Shown in pieces: positions 42,160 to 51,952 of a stretch of 64,000 nucleotides of DNA (position 1 is the first letter of the stretch; every line of letters starts with the position of its first letter). Below the pieces are notes generated by a model. It was not told the origin of the DNA, searched no databases, and saw nothing but the letters and a program-made list of their open reading frames with translations. Position numbers and translations under genes: made by a program. The stretch spans positions 704,001-768,000 of the forward strand of contig OZ250165.1 in the NCBI GenBank assembly GCA_965238005.1, read 5' to 3'. The DNA is from Longimicrobiales bacterium (GTDB taxonomy: Bacteria; Gemmatimonadota; Gemmatimonadetes; Longimicrobiales; Gaopeijiaceae).

Positions 42160-42933
42160 ATGATGGATAACACCCTGACCCTGACCCTGGCCCTTGACGG
42201 GCAAGTAACCCTTGATGATTTCGCAAGGGCTATCAGCCGTTTTCACGGCATAGTTGTGGCATTATCTAGGGATATCCCCGGCACCGAAACGATTACCTGG
42301 GAAGTGTCAGACCTTCAGGTCGGAAGTGCTATTGCCGACGTGACGGGACATGGGCCAAGCTCCGATGTTGAGCTGGTTGTTCGAGAATACGAACGGCTGG
42401 GCGAGGAATTGGAAAGGCGCGGACCACTCAACTTCTCTCCCGCCGTCCAAGCGGAAGCAAGGGGCTTAGTGGAGCTCATTAACGGTCGCATTGAAGCTAT
42501 TCGCATGGAGACAGCGCACCAGGATCATTTAATCGGAGGCGGCGAACTACCCGAAGTCGGAGTACCTGAGGTTCTAGAGTTCCCACGTTCGGCCCTTGGG
42601 GCGATCCAGGGCACCATAGAGACCCTATCTCGCCGAGGGGGGCTGAAGTTCACCCTTTACGACTTGATGCACAAGCGAGCGATTTCCTGCCACCTCCCAC
42701 CGGGAAGCGAGGGCGTGATGAGGGACGCCTGGGGAAAGAATGCAACCGTACATGGTATCGTGCGGAGAGACCCTGCGACGGGGCGACCAACCTCCATCCG
42801 CGAAGTCTCCAAGGTGGAAACCGTTCCCGAAAGCGGGCCAGGAGATTGGCGACTGGCCGAGGGTGCCGCAGTTCGTCGCCCGGGCGACGAACTGTCCCCC
42901 GAAGATGCGATTCGGCTGATCCGGGATGCCTGA
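42160..42933 (+). CDS. Uncharacterised partner of the PIN toxin (putative large antitoxin)
   Basis: 257-aa ORF overlapping the PIN gene by 8 nt; beta-rich C-terminal half; tail LSPEDAIRLIRDA. Confidence 0.7.
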   Translation: MMDNTLTLTLALDGQVTLDDFARAISRFHGIVVALSRDIPGTETITWEVSDLQVGSAIADVTGHGPSSDVELVVREYERLGEELERRGPLNFSPAVQAEARGLVELINGRIEAIRMETAHQDHLIGGGELPEVGVPEVLEFPRSALGAIQGTIETLSRRGGLKFTLYDLMHKRAISCHLPPGSEGVMRDAWGKNATVHGIVRRDPATGRPTSIREVSKVETVPESGPGDWRLAEGAAVRRPGDELSPEDAIRLIRDA

Positions 42934-43402
42934 CAGCCCACAACGCATCTACTGGGATGCGTGTGTCTTCCTGTCGTTTATTGAGGGACACCCCGACCGC
43001 TCTAAGGCGATTCGGACTTGGCTAGAAAAGGCGGAAAAGGGGAAGGTCGTGATCGTGACTTCCACCCTTTCAATTGTGGAAGTCGCATTTGGCAAGCAGG
43101 AAAAAGATCGAGGCGCGCTGATCCCGGAGGAGGAAGCCAAGATCAACCACCTTTGGACGCCTGAATCGCCCGTGGCGCTGGCTGAGTTTCACACAAGCAT
43201 AGCGCTTGAGGCCCGACGTTTGATGCGGGATGCGATGGCCTCGGAAATTGGGCTGAAACCGGCAGATGCGATCCACCTGGCGACGTGCCGAAACTTGGGA
43301 ATTGATGAATTTCATACCTACGACGGGAAGCTTGGCGGGGCCGCTGGAATTTCCCAACTCACGATTACCGAGCCCTCTCTTGAGCAGGGAGAGTTATTCT
43401 AG
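42926..43402 (+). CDS. PIN-domain (VapC-like) ribonuclease
   Basis: IYWDACVF, TSTLSIVEV, KPADAIHLAT, TYD. Confidence 0.88.
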   Translation: MPDSPQRIYWDACVFLSFIEGHPDRSKAIRTWLEKAEKGKVVIVTSTLSIVEVAFGKQEKDRGALIPEEEAKINHLWTPESPVALAEFHTSIALEARRLMRDAMASEIGLKPADAIHLATCRNLGIDEFHTYDGKLGGAAGISQLTITEPSLEQGELF

Positions 43403-43653
43403 CCCTGCTTCTCTTTGCTCCACCTAGCCCTGGCTGCTTTCTGGGCGATCTCCCGCTTCCGCTCTGGCGAAAGCGCCTCGGCCCTCGCCTTACCACCCTT
43501 GAGGCCCCCGAGACGCCCCAGCGCGACCGCAGCGGGATTCTTCGCGGGTATTGTCTCGGGTTCATCTTCGGCGGTAGCTTGCTGGACTACATCGAATGCG
43601 ATGACGTTGGGGTCGTCTTCGTCGGGTCTTTTCTTGCTTGAGCGCTTGGGCAT
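43399..43653 (-). CDS. Small basic KGG-motif protein
   Basis: KNPAAVALGRLGGLKGGKARAEALSPERKREIAQKAARARW. Confidence 0.8.
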   Translation of the reverse strand: MPKRSSKKRPDEDDPNVIAFDVVQQATAEDEPETIPAKNPAAVALGRLGGLKGGKARAEALSPERKREIAQKAARARWSKEKQG

Positions 43654-43759
43654 ACCTGAAAGCTAGCGCGTAGGGGCCACCCGGTGTCAACCCCTTCGAC
43701 CCCCTCTCGGATTTCAAACTGACCCACTACCTTGCCGTACGCCATCTTGACACATGGCT

Positions 43760-44045
43760 ATTGCCGTCCGATCATCCACGGCTCGTCGTTCCAGGCGTTG
43801 AAGATCGGCCTGCCGCTGCCGGTCGCCCTCTCCAGCGCACGGCGGTTCGCTCCGCCCCGGATGGAGTTGGTCGCGACCAGGCCGACCCGCTTCGCGGCCG
43901 CCTGAGTCCGCTCTGGATATCGCCGCACACTTCCTTGAGCAACCGGACATCCCCCTGGAGAATGGCCTACTCGATCCGGGCGATCTCCAGCTGACCTCCG
44001 CGTCGAACTCCGAAGGGCGGGTTCTCGAGCCCAGTTGTCAAGCAT
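43760..44045 (-). pseudogene. Fused remnants of a MIAHL-family gene (43920-44045) and a restriction-methylase (43760-43905)
   Basis: DNA similarity to 29820-29940; AKRVGLVATNSIRGGANRRAL..AWNDEPW is typical of MmeI-like methylases. Confidence 0.65.
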
Positions 44046-44173
44046 CGTCCGTTGCCGATGCCGGGAGCGATGTCTTCACGGGACGGCACGCGTGGCGATT
44101 GTCTCGCAGTGAGGTATGCCGCAAGCGAGCGCGGGACATCGATGCCACGGCACGACCGAACAGTAGCGAGCCG

Positions 44174-47100
44174 CTACTGCGGCTTTCCACCGCCCAGGAT
44201 GTCATCCACATCGCGATCCCTCGCGCCAAGCACATCACGAAAACGAAGCCTCAGTTGCGCTGTGAGGCGCTTAAGACCAAGAGACTCGAGCACTGCCCGG
44301 AGATGGTCATCGGAGCCAGATTCGAACCCCTCATCTTGCGACAGCTGGCGTGCCATGAGCTGAAGCTCGCTCTGCGGAATCTCATTGAAGGTGCGGGGGC
44401 CACGCTCGCGAAGCACGGTTGCAGGCGTACCCGTGATGCGCACGATCGAGTAGACGAGGCCCCCGGTGCCGGACTCGTCCTCCTTGGCGACTCGACCTTT
44501 TCGAATGGCGTGCTGGAGCGCCCTGTTCATGGATCGCTTGAGTTCGCCACCCATTCGGGCGATGCCAATGCCACGCAGGTAGAGGTTGTAGGATCGCTTG
44601 GCTAGCATCGGACCCTCTGTATCGATGATGCGGCAAAGCCCTTCGGCAACCTGGGCGGGTGTGGAGTGCCGCGGGTCCGGGCCAGCTGGTCCCTCGAATG
44701 CGACGTAGGGTACCGCTCTAATTGGGACAGGCGTGACCGGGTCACGGTTTGTAGGCAGCGGCCGGTTCTCGGGATAGGAGGTCGGTTCCGGTTCCTCCTG
44801 GGGCTCGTCCATAGCCTCGGGGGCAGCCGGCTTCGGGTCAGTGCCGTGCGTGGGCGTTGGCGAGGCTTCGTCAGGGGAACGTGTAACCGTAGGTACCACC
44901 TCGATCAACTCAGGGGATGGCGGCTGACCATCCGAAGGCTTATCGAGATCGGCTTCCGTTCGCCTCTCCGGGCCTCTCGACTTCGGTCGCGGCGGGGCTG
45001 CGGCTGAGTCATCGATGCCGCCGGGCCGGATGCCGAGGCGATCGAGTTCTGCCCACACGGGCTCCATGGCCTTTTCGCGATCCCGGTAGAAGTCGCTACC
45101 CCGAATTCGGGCGAACTGCCAGCCCGCCCGCTCGAGATCGCGTTGACGCGCCACATCCTGCTCGTAGCGATCGGGGCCATGCCACTCGTCGCCATCACAC
45201 TCTACCGCCAGTCGCCCTTGCATGCCCTCGACGACCAGGTCGATCCGGTAGCGGTGATTCGCCGGGTCGCCCACACACACCTGAGTTCTCACGTGAAATC
45301 CGCGCTCGGTGACGCGCTGGTAGACATGCCGTTCGAACTTTGAGTCGAATCGCTGCTCTTCCGGATCGGTCCTCTTCCGCCCGGGATCGAGCATGTAGCT
45401 GAGGAGCGAATGACGCATGCACTTGTCGCTGAGCAAATCGAGCTCGGCCGTATGGAAGAGCCAGAGCTGGTCTTGGGCGCGGCTGACCGCAACGTTGAAA
45501 CGCTGTCGGGCCGCCTCGTTTGCGAGCACACCGATCCGGTGCTCTCCTGGAGCCGCGACCAAGCTCAGGAAGATCACGTTGCGCTCGTCGCCCTGGAACG
45601 CATAGGCATCGCCGCAAATGAGCCGCCGCTCCACAACCACCTCGGGATCGAGCGCCTGGAGAAGCATGTTCTCGATCAGCTTTGCCTGCGCCTCGCCCTG
45701 GAGACTGATCGCGCCCATGGTCTTGCCGGCGTAACGCGGGTCGTCTATGCAAGCGCAAATCTGCTCGACGATTGCCTCCGCTTCCGGCGGGTTCTGGGCG
45801 TGGTCGGCCTTTCCCCTGCGATATCCGTCAGGCACGTGCCGACGTACGAGTGGTTGAAGCCGACTGGCGGGGTAGGCACGCAGTGGATCGAGGGGCGTAC
45901 CGTTACTGGCGTAACAAAGGTCATTCGAGAACTGGATGATCTCGGGCATGCACCGAAAGTGCTCGCGTAGCACGATGTTCTGATTAAACCGGATCTTCGC
46001 GTTACCGTAGACGCTACTCTGCGGGTAGAGCGCGACCTTGTGCGGGACACCATCCAGAAAGTGCTGTTGCAGGGCAGCGACATCGGCATCGGGAATGCCC
46101 ACGCCCGCGGGGCTGATCTGCTGATCATCACCGACGACGATGATCTTCTTGGAGATATAGAAGAGAAACAGGCTCTCGATACCCAGCTGGCTGGCCTCAT
46201 CGACGATAACAAGGTCGTAGAGACCCGGCGAAGGGTCGATCATTTCGGCCACAAGATACCGCGGCATGATCCAAATCGGGATCGCCTTGCGGCAGTCATC
46301 CATGTAGTTGCGTGCCTCCCGCCTAAGACGTGCTATCCTTGCAGATTTCCCTGTGGCCTTGCCCATCGCGCGCACCGCCTCGCGCCAGCCTTTGAGCGCA
46401 TTGCGTTCGCGCGGGGAGAGGCGCTTGAAGAAGTCCTTCCAGGCCCGGAGGGAAGCAGCTTTTGCGACGCGTCCGCTCTTCGAAACCTCTGCCTCGTGAC
46501 GCCTTCGCCAGAGCTCCTGCTGGTAGTTGAAGTCGGACCGCTTCTTGAGCCAGCCGTCAGCCCACGCCCAGCGCCAGGCCTCCTCCCAATGGGAGAGCCG
46601 ATCATCCCAGACCGGCTCGTTGAGGCTTGCCTCGACTTCCTCCACCAAGCTAGGTGCAGCCAGCCTGATCGCGGTCTCGATTCGAGCGCGTTCCGACTGG
46701 GCCACCCGCGCCCGTTCGATCGCAACTACATGCTCGTGACATTGGCTGTAGGCTGTCACGTCTCGCGCGGCTATCGCCTCGAGGAGCGAGTCCACGACAG
46801 GGTGGACGTCATGCAGCCCGCGAAGTCGCGCCAGGGGCTGGCCGCATGCTGCGACTTGCCGTTCTGCCTCGTCCAGCTCCTCGTCGATGCCCGCGCCGAC
46901 GATGAGATCGACCCACCGCAGCGCTTCTCCATCGAGCCAGTTGGGCGTCGGGACCGGGGGGGACTTGCCGGACATGTTCTGGGCAGCGTGGGTACACGCG
47001 TCGCCGTATTCGAGTACATCCGCGAGGGCTGACACCTGCGGTTTCAGATCGAGGAGGCAGAATCTCCGGTCGGCCAGGGTATCAGTGACTCCTATGTCCT

Positions 47101-49462
47101 TCCAGAGGCTCACAAGATCTGCAAACGCGAACTCGAGGTCGAGATCATCGTATACCAAGTCCAGCTTCTGGACGTTGTCGGCGGGTTGTCCGTCGACCAG
47201 AACATCTTTCTTAAGATAGGTTCGTCCCTTGAGTGCTTTTGGCGTGACCAATCCAAGTAACTTCCACTTGCCACCGGCCTGGAGATGTTTGGCCGCGGCC
47301 GCCGCATCCGACCGCACTTTCCGAGGATCGAGCCCTTCGGGGCGGGTCACGACTCGATTGCCGAGACTACGCAACAGAGGCTCAATCTGCTCGATGCGCT
47401 GCCTGCTGAGCTTGAGCAGCGCACGCCACTTTGCGGTGCGACCTACGACCACCTCTCGAAGCGCTGTGCCCAACCACTCAGCCTCAACACCATGGAGAGC
47501 GCGCCGTCGCTCCTCGATGCTCCTGAGATCGTCGGCTAGATTATTTCTCTCGTCGGTCGACAAAGCGCGAATCGGCGAGAAGGCTGGGTGCGGTCGGAGC
47601 GCGTCCACCTGCTCGGTGCTGCGCGTTCGTGCTGTAGCCTCTTTCGAGACGATGCCCCCGAAGTCCGCCGGAGCAGTGAGAGTGGCACTGTCCGGGATCT
47701 GGAGTGTCGAGGCCGCGACCTCCTCGTCCGAGTACCGCCTGCGAATCTCCAGCCATCTGGCTGCCTCGGCATTCGAGATCGTCGGATGATTCGTCGCATC
47801 CCGTGCCAACCGGAGCCACCCAAAGATCTCGCGCTCGGCGGCGACCCGGGCTGCGATATTCGAGGCCGTGCCTTCGTATGTGCCATCGAGCAGCGGATGT
47901 GAGAGCGTCTCGTATTCGCGCAGGCTTCGGATCTCCGAGTCGATCCTGGCGAGACGCCTCCGGGCCTCGTCGATCTCACGATCGATCTCGACGATCCTGT
48001 CATCATATGAGCCCGGGGAGTATGAGGCTTGCCGGTTTGTGATTCCCTGCACGGCGGTGTTAAGCTCCGCGAATGCGTCTCCGCCGTGCCCAAGCAAGCT
48101 GACGCACAAGGGTTGGATTTCCTTAGGGAGCATGCGCTTGAGAACCTGGAGGGCGCGCCCCGTCTCCGCCGTGATGAGTACTCGCTTCCCCGTGGCGAGC
48201 AGGTGGCACATGAGGTTCGCGATGGTGTGGCTCTTGCCGGTGCCGGGTGGACCCTGAACCAGCACTCCTTGATTGCAGTCGATCGCATCGACGATACGCC
48301 GCTGCTCGCGGTTGGCCGGCAACGGGAAATAGGCCTCTGACGGTGACGGCGTGCTCCCACTATGCGTTCCATCGTGGCCATGGTGCCCCGAAGGCTTCCC
48401 ACCTCCATCTCCCCAGTCGTCATCAGTCAGCTCGCCCCAGCCGCGGGGCACTTCGCCTTCTTCGTCCTCAAGGTTCTGGATCAGTTTCTCGTAGATGCGG
48501 ACCATGCCAGTCTGGAGGCGTTTGCGAAGGATCAGTGCCGGCGCGAAGCTCATGACTGGGTCATTTCCAGTTGACGGCTTGGCGCTGAGTCCCTCGGACC
48601 AGACCGTGTCGGGGCTTAGTGCCCCCGCCCAGGTCTTGAGCGGAGCATGGATGAGCGACTTGTCCCAGATCGCGTCACCCACCTCCTCAAGCTGCGCTTC
48701 GACCACGTCATAGTTTGATCGATCAGGTCGGAGTTCGGCCTCGAGCATGTCGTCTTCGACACGCAGGTTCGCCCCTTCACCGGGGGCGCCTACGCGAATG
48801 ACGCCCCTGCCTGGGTCAAAGGTCAACTCGACCTGCCCGACCACCGCGTGCCGGCGAATCGGAATCGACTTATTACCGCTCTTAGCTCGCCAGTCCATCA
48901 GGCCTAGCCCGAGGACGACCTCGACGATCTCGCTCTGCTTTTGCAACTGCGAATAAAGACTGAAGAGCTTCGCATAGATGTTCTGCACCGCCTCGCGACG
49001 GCGATGGTCGGCTGCCCAGGCTTCCCACTTCGGCCGGAAGGCCCGATACGCCTCGACGACTTCGGGGTAGTCCTCCAGTGGTCGCTCGACGAGCGGCGGT
49101 GTCTCGCCCTCCTCCAGATCGAGTTCGGTATCTTCCTCGAGGATGCTCGGGCGCAGTGGCGTAATACTCGGAGTAGCCCTGCGGAGGACCTCTGCGTCGA
49201 CCCATTTCGCGATCATGTCGGGTGGCTCTGGCGGCCTCTCGAACTCCTGCTTGCGGACCTCGAGCCAGGGCTCTTCCAGATCGTAGTCGTCGGTCCAGGC
49301 ACCACTGTGGCAGTCCGCGTCTTGCGGCATCTCGTCGAACCAGAGCACAGAATCGTACTTGGCTACATCGCGAACGGTCGTACTGCGAAGACCAACGAAC
49401 TCTTTCAAGTACCGCGCGAGTCGCAGCGCGGGACTCTCGATGTTGTTACTGTCCGTGCTCAA
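44174..49462 (-). CDS. Large SF1 (DNA2/UPF1-like) helicase fused to a Vsr/DUF559-like nuclease and a wHTH-like tail
   Basis: QGPPGTGKSHTIAN, IVDEASQ, VGDDQQ, LREHFRC, FQGDER, RFNVAVSRA; FDSKFE..YRIDLVV..AVECDG..H..D..RQRDLE..GW; TTG start at 49462 inferred. Confidence 0.88.
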   Translation of the reverse strand: MSTDSNNIESPALRLARYLKEFVGLRSTTVRDVAKYDSVLWFDEMPQDADCHSGAWTDDYDLEEPWLEVRKQEFERPPEPPDMIAKWVDAEVLRRATPSITPLRPSILEEDTELDLEEGETPPLVERPLEDYPEVVEAYRAFRPKWEAWAADHRRREAVQNIYAKLFSLYSQLQKQSEIVEVVLGLGLMDWRAKSGNKSIPIRRHAVVGQVELTFDPGRGVIRVGAPGEGANLRVEDDMLEAELRPDRSNYDVVEAQLEEVGDAIWDKSLIHAPLKTWAGALSPDTVWSEGLSAKPSTGNDPVMSFAPALILRKRLQTGMVRIYEKLIQNLEDEEGEVPRGWGELTDDDWGDGGGKPSGHHGHDGTHSGSTPSPSEAYFPLPANREQRRIVDAIDCNQGVLVQGPPGTGKSHTIANLMCHLLATGKRVLITAETGRALQVLKRMLPKEIQPLCVSLLGHGGDAFAELNTAVQGITNRQASYSPGSYDDRIVEIDREIDEARRRLARIDSEIRSLREYETLSHPLLDGTYEGTASNIAARVAAEREIFGWLRLARDATNHPTISNAEAARWLEIRRRYSDEEVAASTLQIPDSATLTAPADFGGIVSKEATARTRSTEQVDALRPHPAFSPIRALSTDERNNLADDLRSIEERRRALHGVEAEWLGTALREVVVGRTAKWRALLKLSRQRIEQIEPLLRSLGNRVVTRPEGLDPRKVRSDAAAAAKHLQAGGKWKLLGLVTPKALKGRTYLKKDVLVDGQPADNVQKLDLVYDDLDLEFAFADLVSLWKDIGVTDTLADRRFCLLDLKPQVSALADVLEYGDACTHAAQNMSGKSPPVPTPNWLDGEALRWVDLIVGAGIDEELDEAERQVAACGQPLARLRGLHDVHPVVDSLLEAIAARDVTAYSQCHEHVVAIERARVAQSERARIETAIRLAAPSLVEEVEASLNEPVWDDRLSHWEEAWRWAWADGWLKKRSDFNYQQELWRRRHEAEVSKSGRVAKAASLRAWKDFFKRLSPRERNALKGWREAVRAMGKATGKSARIARLRREARNYMDDCRKAIPIWIMPRYLVAEMIDPSPGLYDLVIVDEASQLGIESLFLFYISKKIIVVGDDQQISPAGVGIPDADVAALQQHFLDGVPHKVALYPQSSVYGNAKIRFNQNIVLREHFRCMPEIIQFSNDLCYASNGTPLDPLRAYPASRLQPLVRRHVPDGYRRGKADHAQNPPEAEAIVEQICACIDDPRYAGKTMGAISLQGEAQAKLIENMLLQALDPEVVVERRLICGDAYAFQGDERNVIFLSLVAAPGEHRIGVLANEAARQRFNVAVSRAQDQLWLFHTAELDLLSDKCMRHSLLSYMLDPGRKRTDPEEQRFDSKFERHVYQRVTERGFHVRTQVCVGDPANHRYRIDLVVEGMQGRLAVECDGDEWHGPDRYEQDVARQRDLERAGWQFARIRGSDFYRDREKAMEPVWAELDRLGIRPGGIDDSAAAPPRPKSRGPERRTEADLDKPSDGQPPSPELIEVVPTVTRSPDEASPTPTHGTDPKPAAPEAMDEPQEEPEPTSYPENRPLPTNRDPVTPVPIRAVPYVAFEGPAGPDPRHSTPAQVAEGLCRIIDTEGPMLAKRSYNLYLRGIGIARMGGELKRSMNRALQHAIRKGRVAKEDESGTGGLVYSIVRITGTPATVLRERGPRTFNEIPQSELQLMARQLSQDEGFESGSDDHLRAVLESLGLKRLTAQLRLRFRDVLGARDRDVDDILGGGKPQ

Positions 49463-49844
49463 GCTGCGGCTCCGTAGACCTGATGCTGATGGATCTAGCT
49501 CTAGTGGTAGTGAGTGTCCCCGCCCATCCCGGTTTCGCTCTGCAGCTGAACCACCATAGCGTGAAGGGGCGGAGAGCTCATCTGAGGGTACGGTGGAACT
49601 GGAGGCCGGGGTACCATCTATCGATGGCCGAACACATTCCGTGCCAGATTCTGACCAAAATCTAATACACTTGACTGGAGGAGGCATCGGGGGGGCTCGC
49701 GACTTGGCTGATCTCCCGTTGGAGCGTGGGGCCGGGGCTGGAATCCGACCAAAGGCAGCCAGCGGCAGCGCTGATGCCGACAGGGGTTGGTGCCGCGCGC
49801 GCGAGTAACCGCTCTTGGGACGTCGTCTGGTTGGCCCATCGGTA

Positions 49845-49941
49845 CACCGACCTGTTCGGGCGCCGACACCGGGCCATGGACGACCGGGCAGCCTACTTGG
49901 CCGGTGAGCGTCGAGACCCGGAGGCCGGTCCGGTTCGTTGA
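49845..49941 (+). pseudogene. C-terminal remnant of a P4-type integrase
   Basis: TDLFGRRHRAMDDRAAYLAGERRDPEAGPVR* resembles the int3/int4 tails. Confidence 0.75.
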
Positions 49942-50783
49942 TCCGCCGCGCTCCCGGCGGCGTTCGCCGTTATTCGGTCACTCAGTTCGTCGAGGAACCC
50001 GGACAGGGTCAGGCCGAATGCACCAGCGAACCTGGTCGCCGCATCGACAGTCAGGCGCACTTCCTTTTTCTCCAATCGCCGCACATGCCTCTCTGATAGC
50101 CCCGGAATCTCTGTCTGCTTCAGCCGCCGATCATTTCTCATGTCAAGTAGGACCAGTGACATTTTCTCCATCTGGTACCGGCGAATTTCCACATCAGCCA
50201 GATACATGGGATCCACGGCCTGTAGCATCTGAGACGCACCCATATGTACATTCTGGTCAGGCCAATACAAATAGGAACCGGCCGAATCAATCACGAACTG
50301 GCTGAGCACTGCTGGCTCAAACCCTCTTACTTTCGGCAGTTGACTGATCGGAAACTTCCGTGCGCTCATGTCTCCAAGGACGGCAACGAGAGACTCCTCA
50401 ATGACATATGCGTCGAGGATGCCCTCCCACGGAGCCGGTCTCGTAAGCGCGATGACCAGACGTTTCACAACCGAAGGATCCCGGCACACTTGCAGCCGCT
50501 GATCCGGCTTATGAAGTCGAAGTGTCGAGGCGAGTCGAAGTATCGCCTGCTCCGGCACGTCTAAGACAACCAGGTAGCGTGTCTCCGTATCCACCCACTT
50601 CGGCAACCTGACTCGCTCCGGACCCATTAGCTCACTTGCTTGAGCCACGACCAGGCTCTGCTCTGTTCCAGTGTGGGGCGTCGTAGATAGCTGTCTCGCC
50701 AGAGAGCGAAACTCGGCGTCGGGCAAGCAATCTTCCACCGTCCCGCAAAAGGCAATGTGGCTGAATGGATTTGCGTCACTCAT
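49893..50783 (-). CDS. Extended DUF2442-like plus XRE-HTH protein (putative antitoxin/regulator)
   Basis: ILDAYV..LVAVLGD..FPISQLP..GSYLYWPD; LKQTEIPGLSERHVRRLE; ATGA coupling to the DUF4160 gene. Confidence 0.7.
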   Translation of the reverse strand: MSDANPFSHIAFCGTVEDCLPDAEFRSLARQLSTTPHTGTEQSLVVAQASELMGPERVRLPKWVDTETRYLVVLDVPEQAILRLASTLRLHKPDQRLQVCRDPSVVKRLVIALTRPAPWEGILDAYVIEESLVAVLGDMSARKFPISQLPKVRGFEPAVLSQFVIDSAGSYLYWPDQNVHMGASQMLQAVDPMYLADVEIRRYQMEKMSLVLLDMRNDRRLKQTEIPGLSERHVRRLEKKEVRLTVDAATRFAGAFGLTLSGFLDELSDRITANAAGSAADQRTGPASGSRRSPAK

Positions 50784-51037
50784 TCGCTCTGACTCCGCTC
50801 CCATTCTGCGAACAATTCCGCGCGGTGCGCAGCGGCCAGCTCCAAGATTTCCCTCACCTTGCTCGTGGAAACGTGTCTCACTTCAAACTTCACGTCATAC
50901 TGCGGAGGCTCCTGTAGGAAGTACACACGAATCTCCCACGCGTCCACGACTCCTGCGTGAAAGTGCGGCGGTCCGTGGTCACCAGTATGAAACCAAAATC
51001 GACACCCAGTTAGTTCAAACGCCTGAAGCAGCCCCAA
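50780..51037 (-). CDS. DUF4160-family protein (putative toxin)
   Basis: GCRFWFHTGDHGPPHFHA..ELFAEW. Confidence 0.8.
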   Translation of the reverse strand: MGLLQAFELTGCRFWFHTGDHGPPHFHAGVVDAWEIRVYFLQEPPQYDVKFEVRHVSTSKVREILELAAAHRAELFAEWERSQSE

Positions 51038-51065
51038 GAGCTACCTCCAGGTGAACGCGACAGCT

Positions 51066-51293
51066 TCACCCTTCCGGTGGGTAGGAATCGCGGCCATATG
51101 TGTTCTTCTCCCGAATTTTCCCATCACGTCCATGGATCAACAGCTCAGACCGTTGATTCTTCGCGATGGAGCGCGCCTTCTTGATGGCTTCCTGTTGCGT
51201 GTCAAATACTTTTGTTGCTTTCCGACTACCTGCACCCTTGACGGCCCATCCATCCTTGGCTGGGACAACGTGCTGGTTACGCTTCTTGGCCAT
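51066..51293 (-). CDS. DUF2188-family protein
   Basis: QHVVP..GWAVKG..TQQEAI..AR..IHGRDGKIRE..YG.D.YPP. Confidence 0.9.
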   Translation of the reverse strand: MAKKRNQHVVPAKDGWAVKGAGSRKATKVFDTQQEAIKKARSIAKNQRSELLIHGRDGKIREKNTYGRDSYPPEG

Positions 51294-51709
51294 GTGGTCT
51301 CCCTCCTCTACGCCTTATGCCGGACACGCAAATAGAGTAACCGCTATATTATGTCCGATCAAGGCATCAGAGGGCCTGCTGGGTCACCATCGTGCGGACC
51401 TCCGCACGTGTCTCACAGTGGAAAGTCGCTCTTGCAGCCTCATTCAAGACTGCTACCTCGGTTCGCAGCTCGTGTCGGCCAGAAACTCTGGCCACTGCTC
51501 GCCTGCTTCGCCATGTAGCGCCTCGACCCAGCTCCCCGGAGGGTGGTCTTGAAGGCCGACCGAGGAAGGTCCATGCCGATCAGGAGGCGCACTTCAGACA
51601 CTGAGGCGCATGTGCACCGGAGGGCTGTTTCCGGATGTGGTTGGTGTGACTTAAGTTACGGGATACCAGCACGAGCGGCCGGCCGTCTCTGATGGTCTCG
51701 GGGCAAAAC

Positions 51710-51801
51710 GGGAGCGACCCCCGATCTCGGCATGCCTCGATCGGCATCGGGGAGGGACGGCATGTGCACGCCATGCCACCCTCCCCGACGGGGTCGCTCC
51801 C
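51710..51801 (+). repeat. Structured non-coding module type 2, copy C
   Basis: GGGAGCGACCCC...GGGGTCGCTCCC; the next ~70 nt resemble 30334-30404. Confidence 0.8.
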
Positions 51802-51952
51802 GATCCATCAGTCCCTTACGGGAAGGCCACCGAGCGCCGCTGAGAGCGCGGCGGATCAACGGGCCGATCCGGCGATCAGCCGTCAGCGCACCGGCAGGGG
51901 GGCGGGGGGCGAGCCCCCGCCCGCGAGCTCCGCCGCAGTGCGGGCGTCCTTC

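Larger units (their letters stand above)
41199..43731. mobile_element. IS1-family-like transposon with passenger genes
   Basis: 16-bp perfect TIR GGTAGTGGGTCAGTTT; 8-bp TSD TTGCCGTA at 41191-41198 and 43732-43739. Confidence 0.93.

Noticed and set aside
49463..49687. N-terminal extension of the helicase in the ORF track
   Set aside because: Low-complexity and unlike the rest of the protein; TTG at 49462 preceded by GGAG is more plausible.
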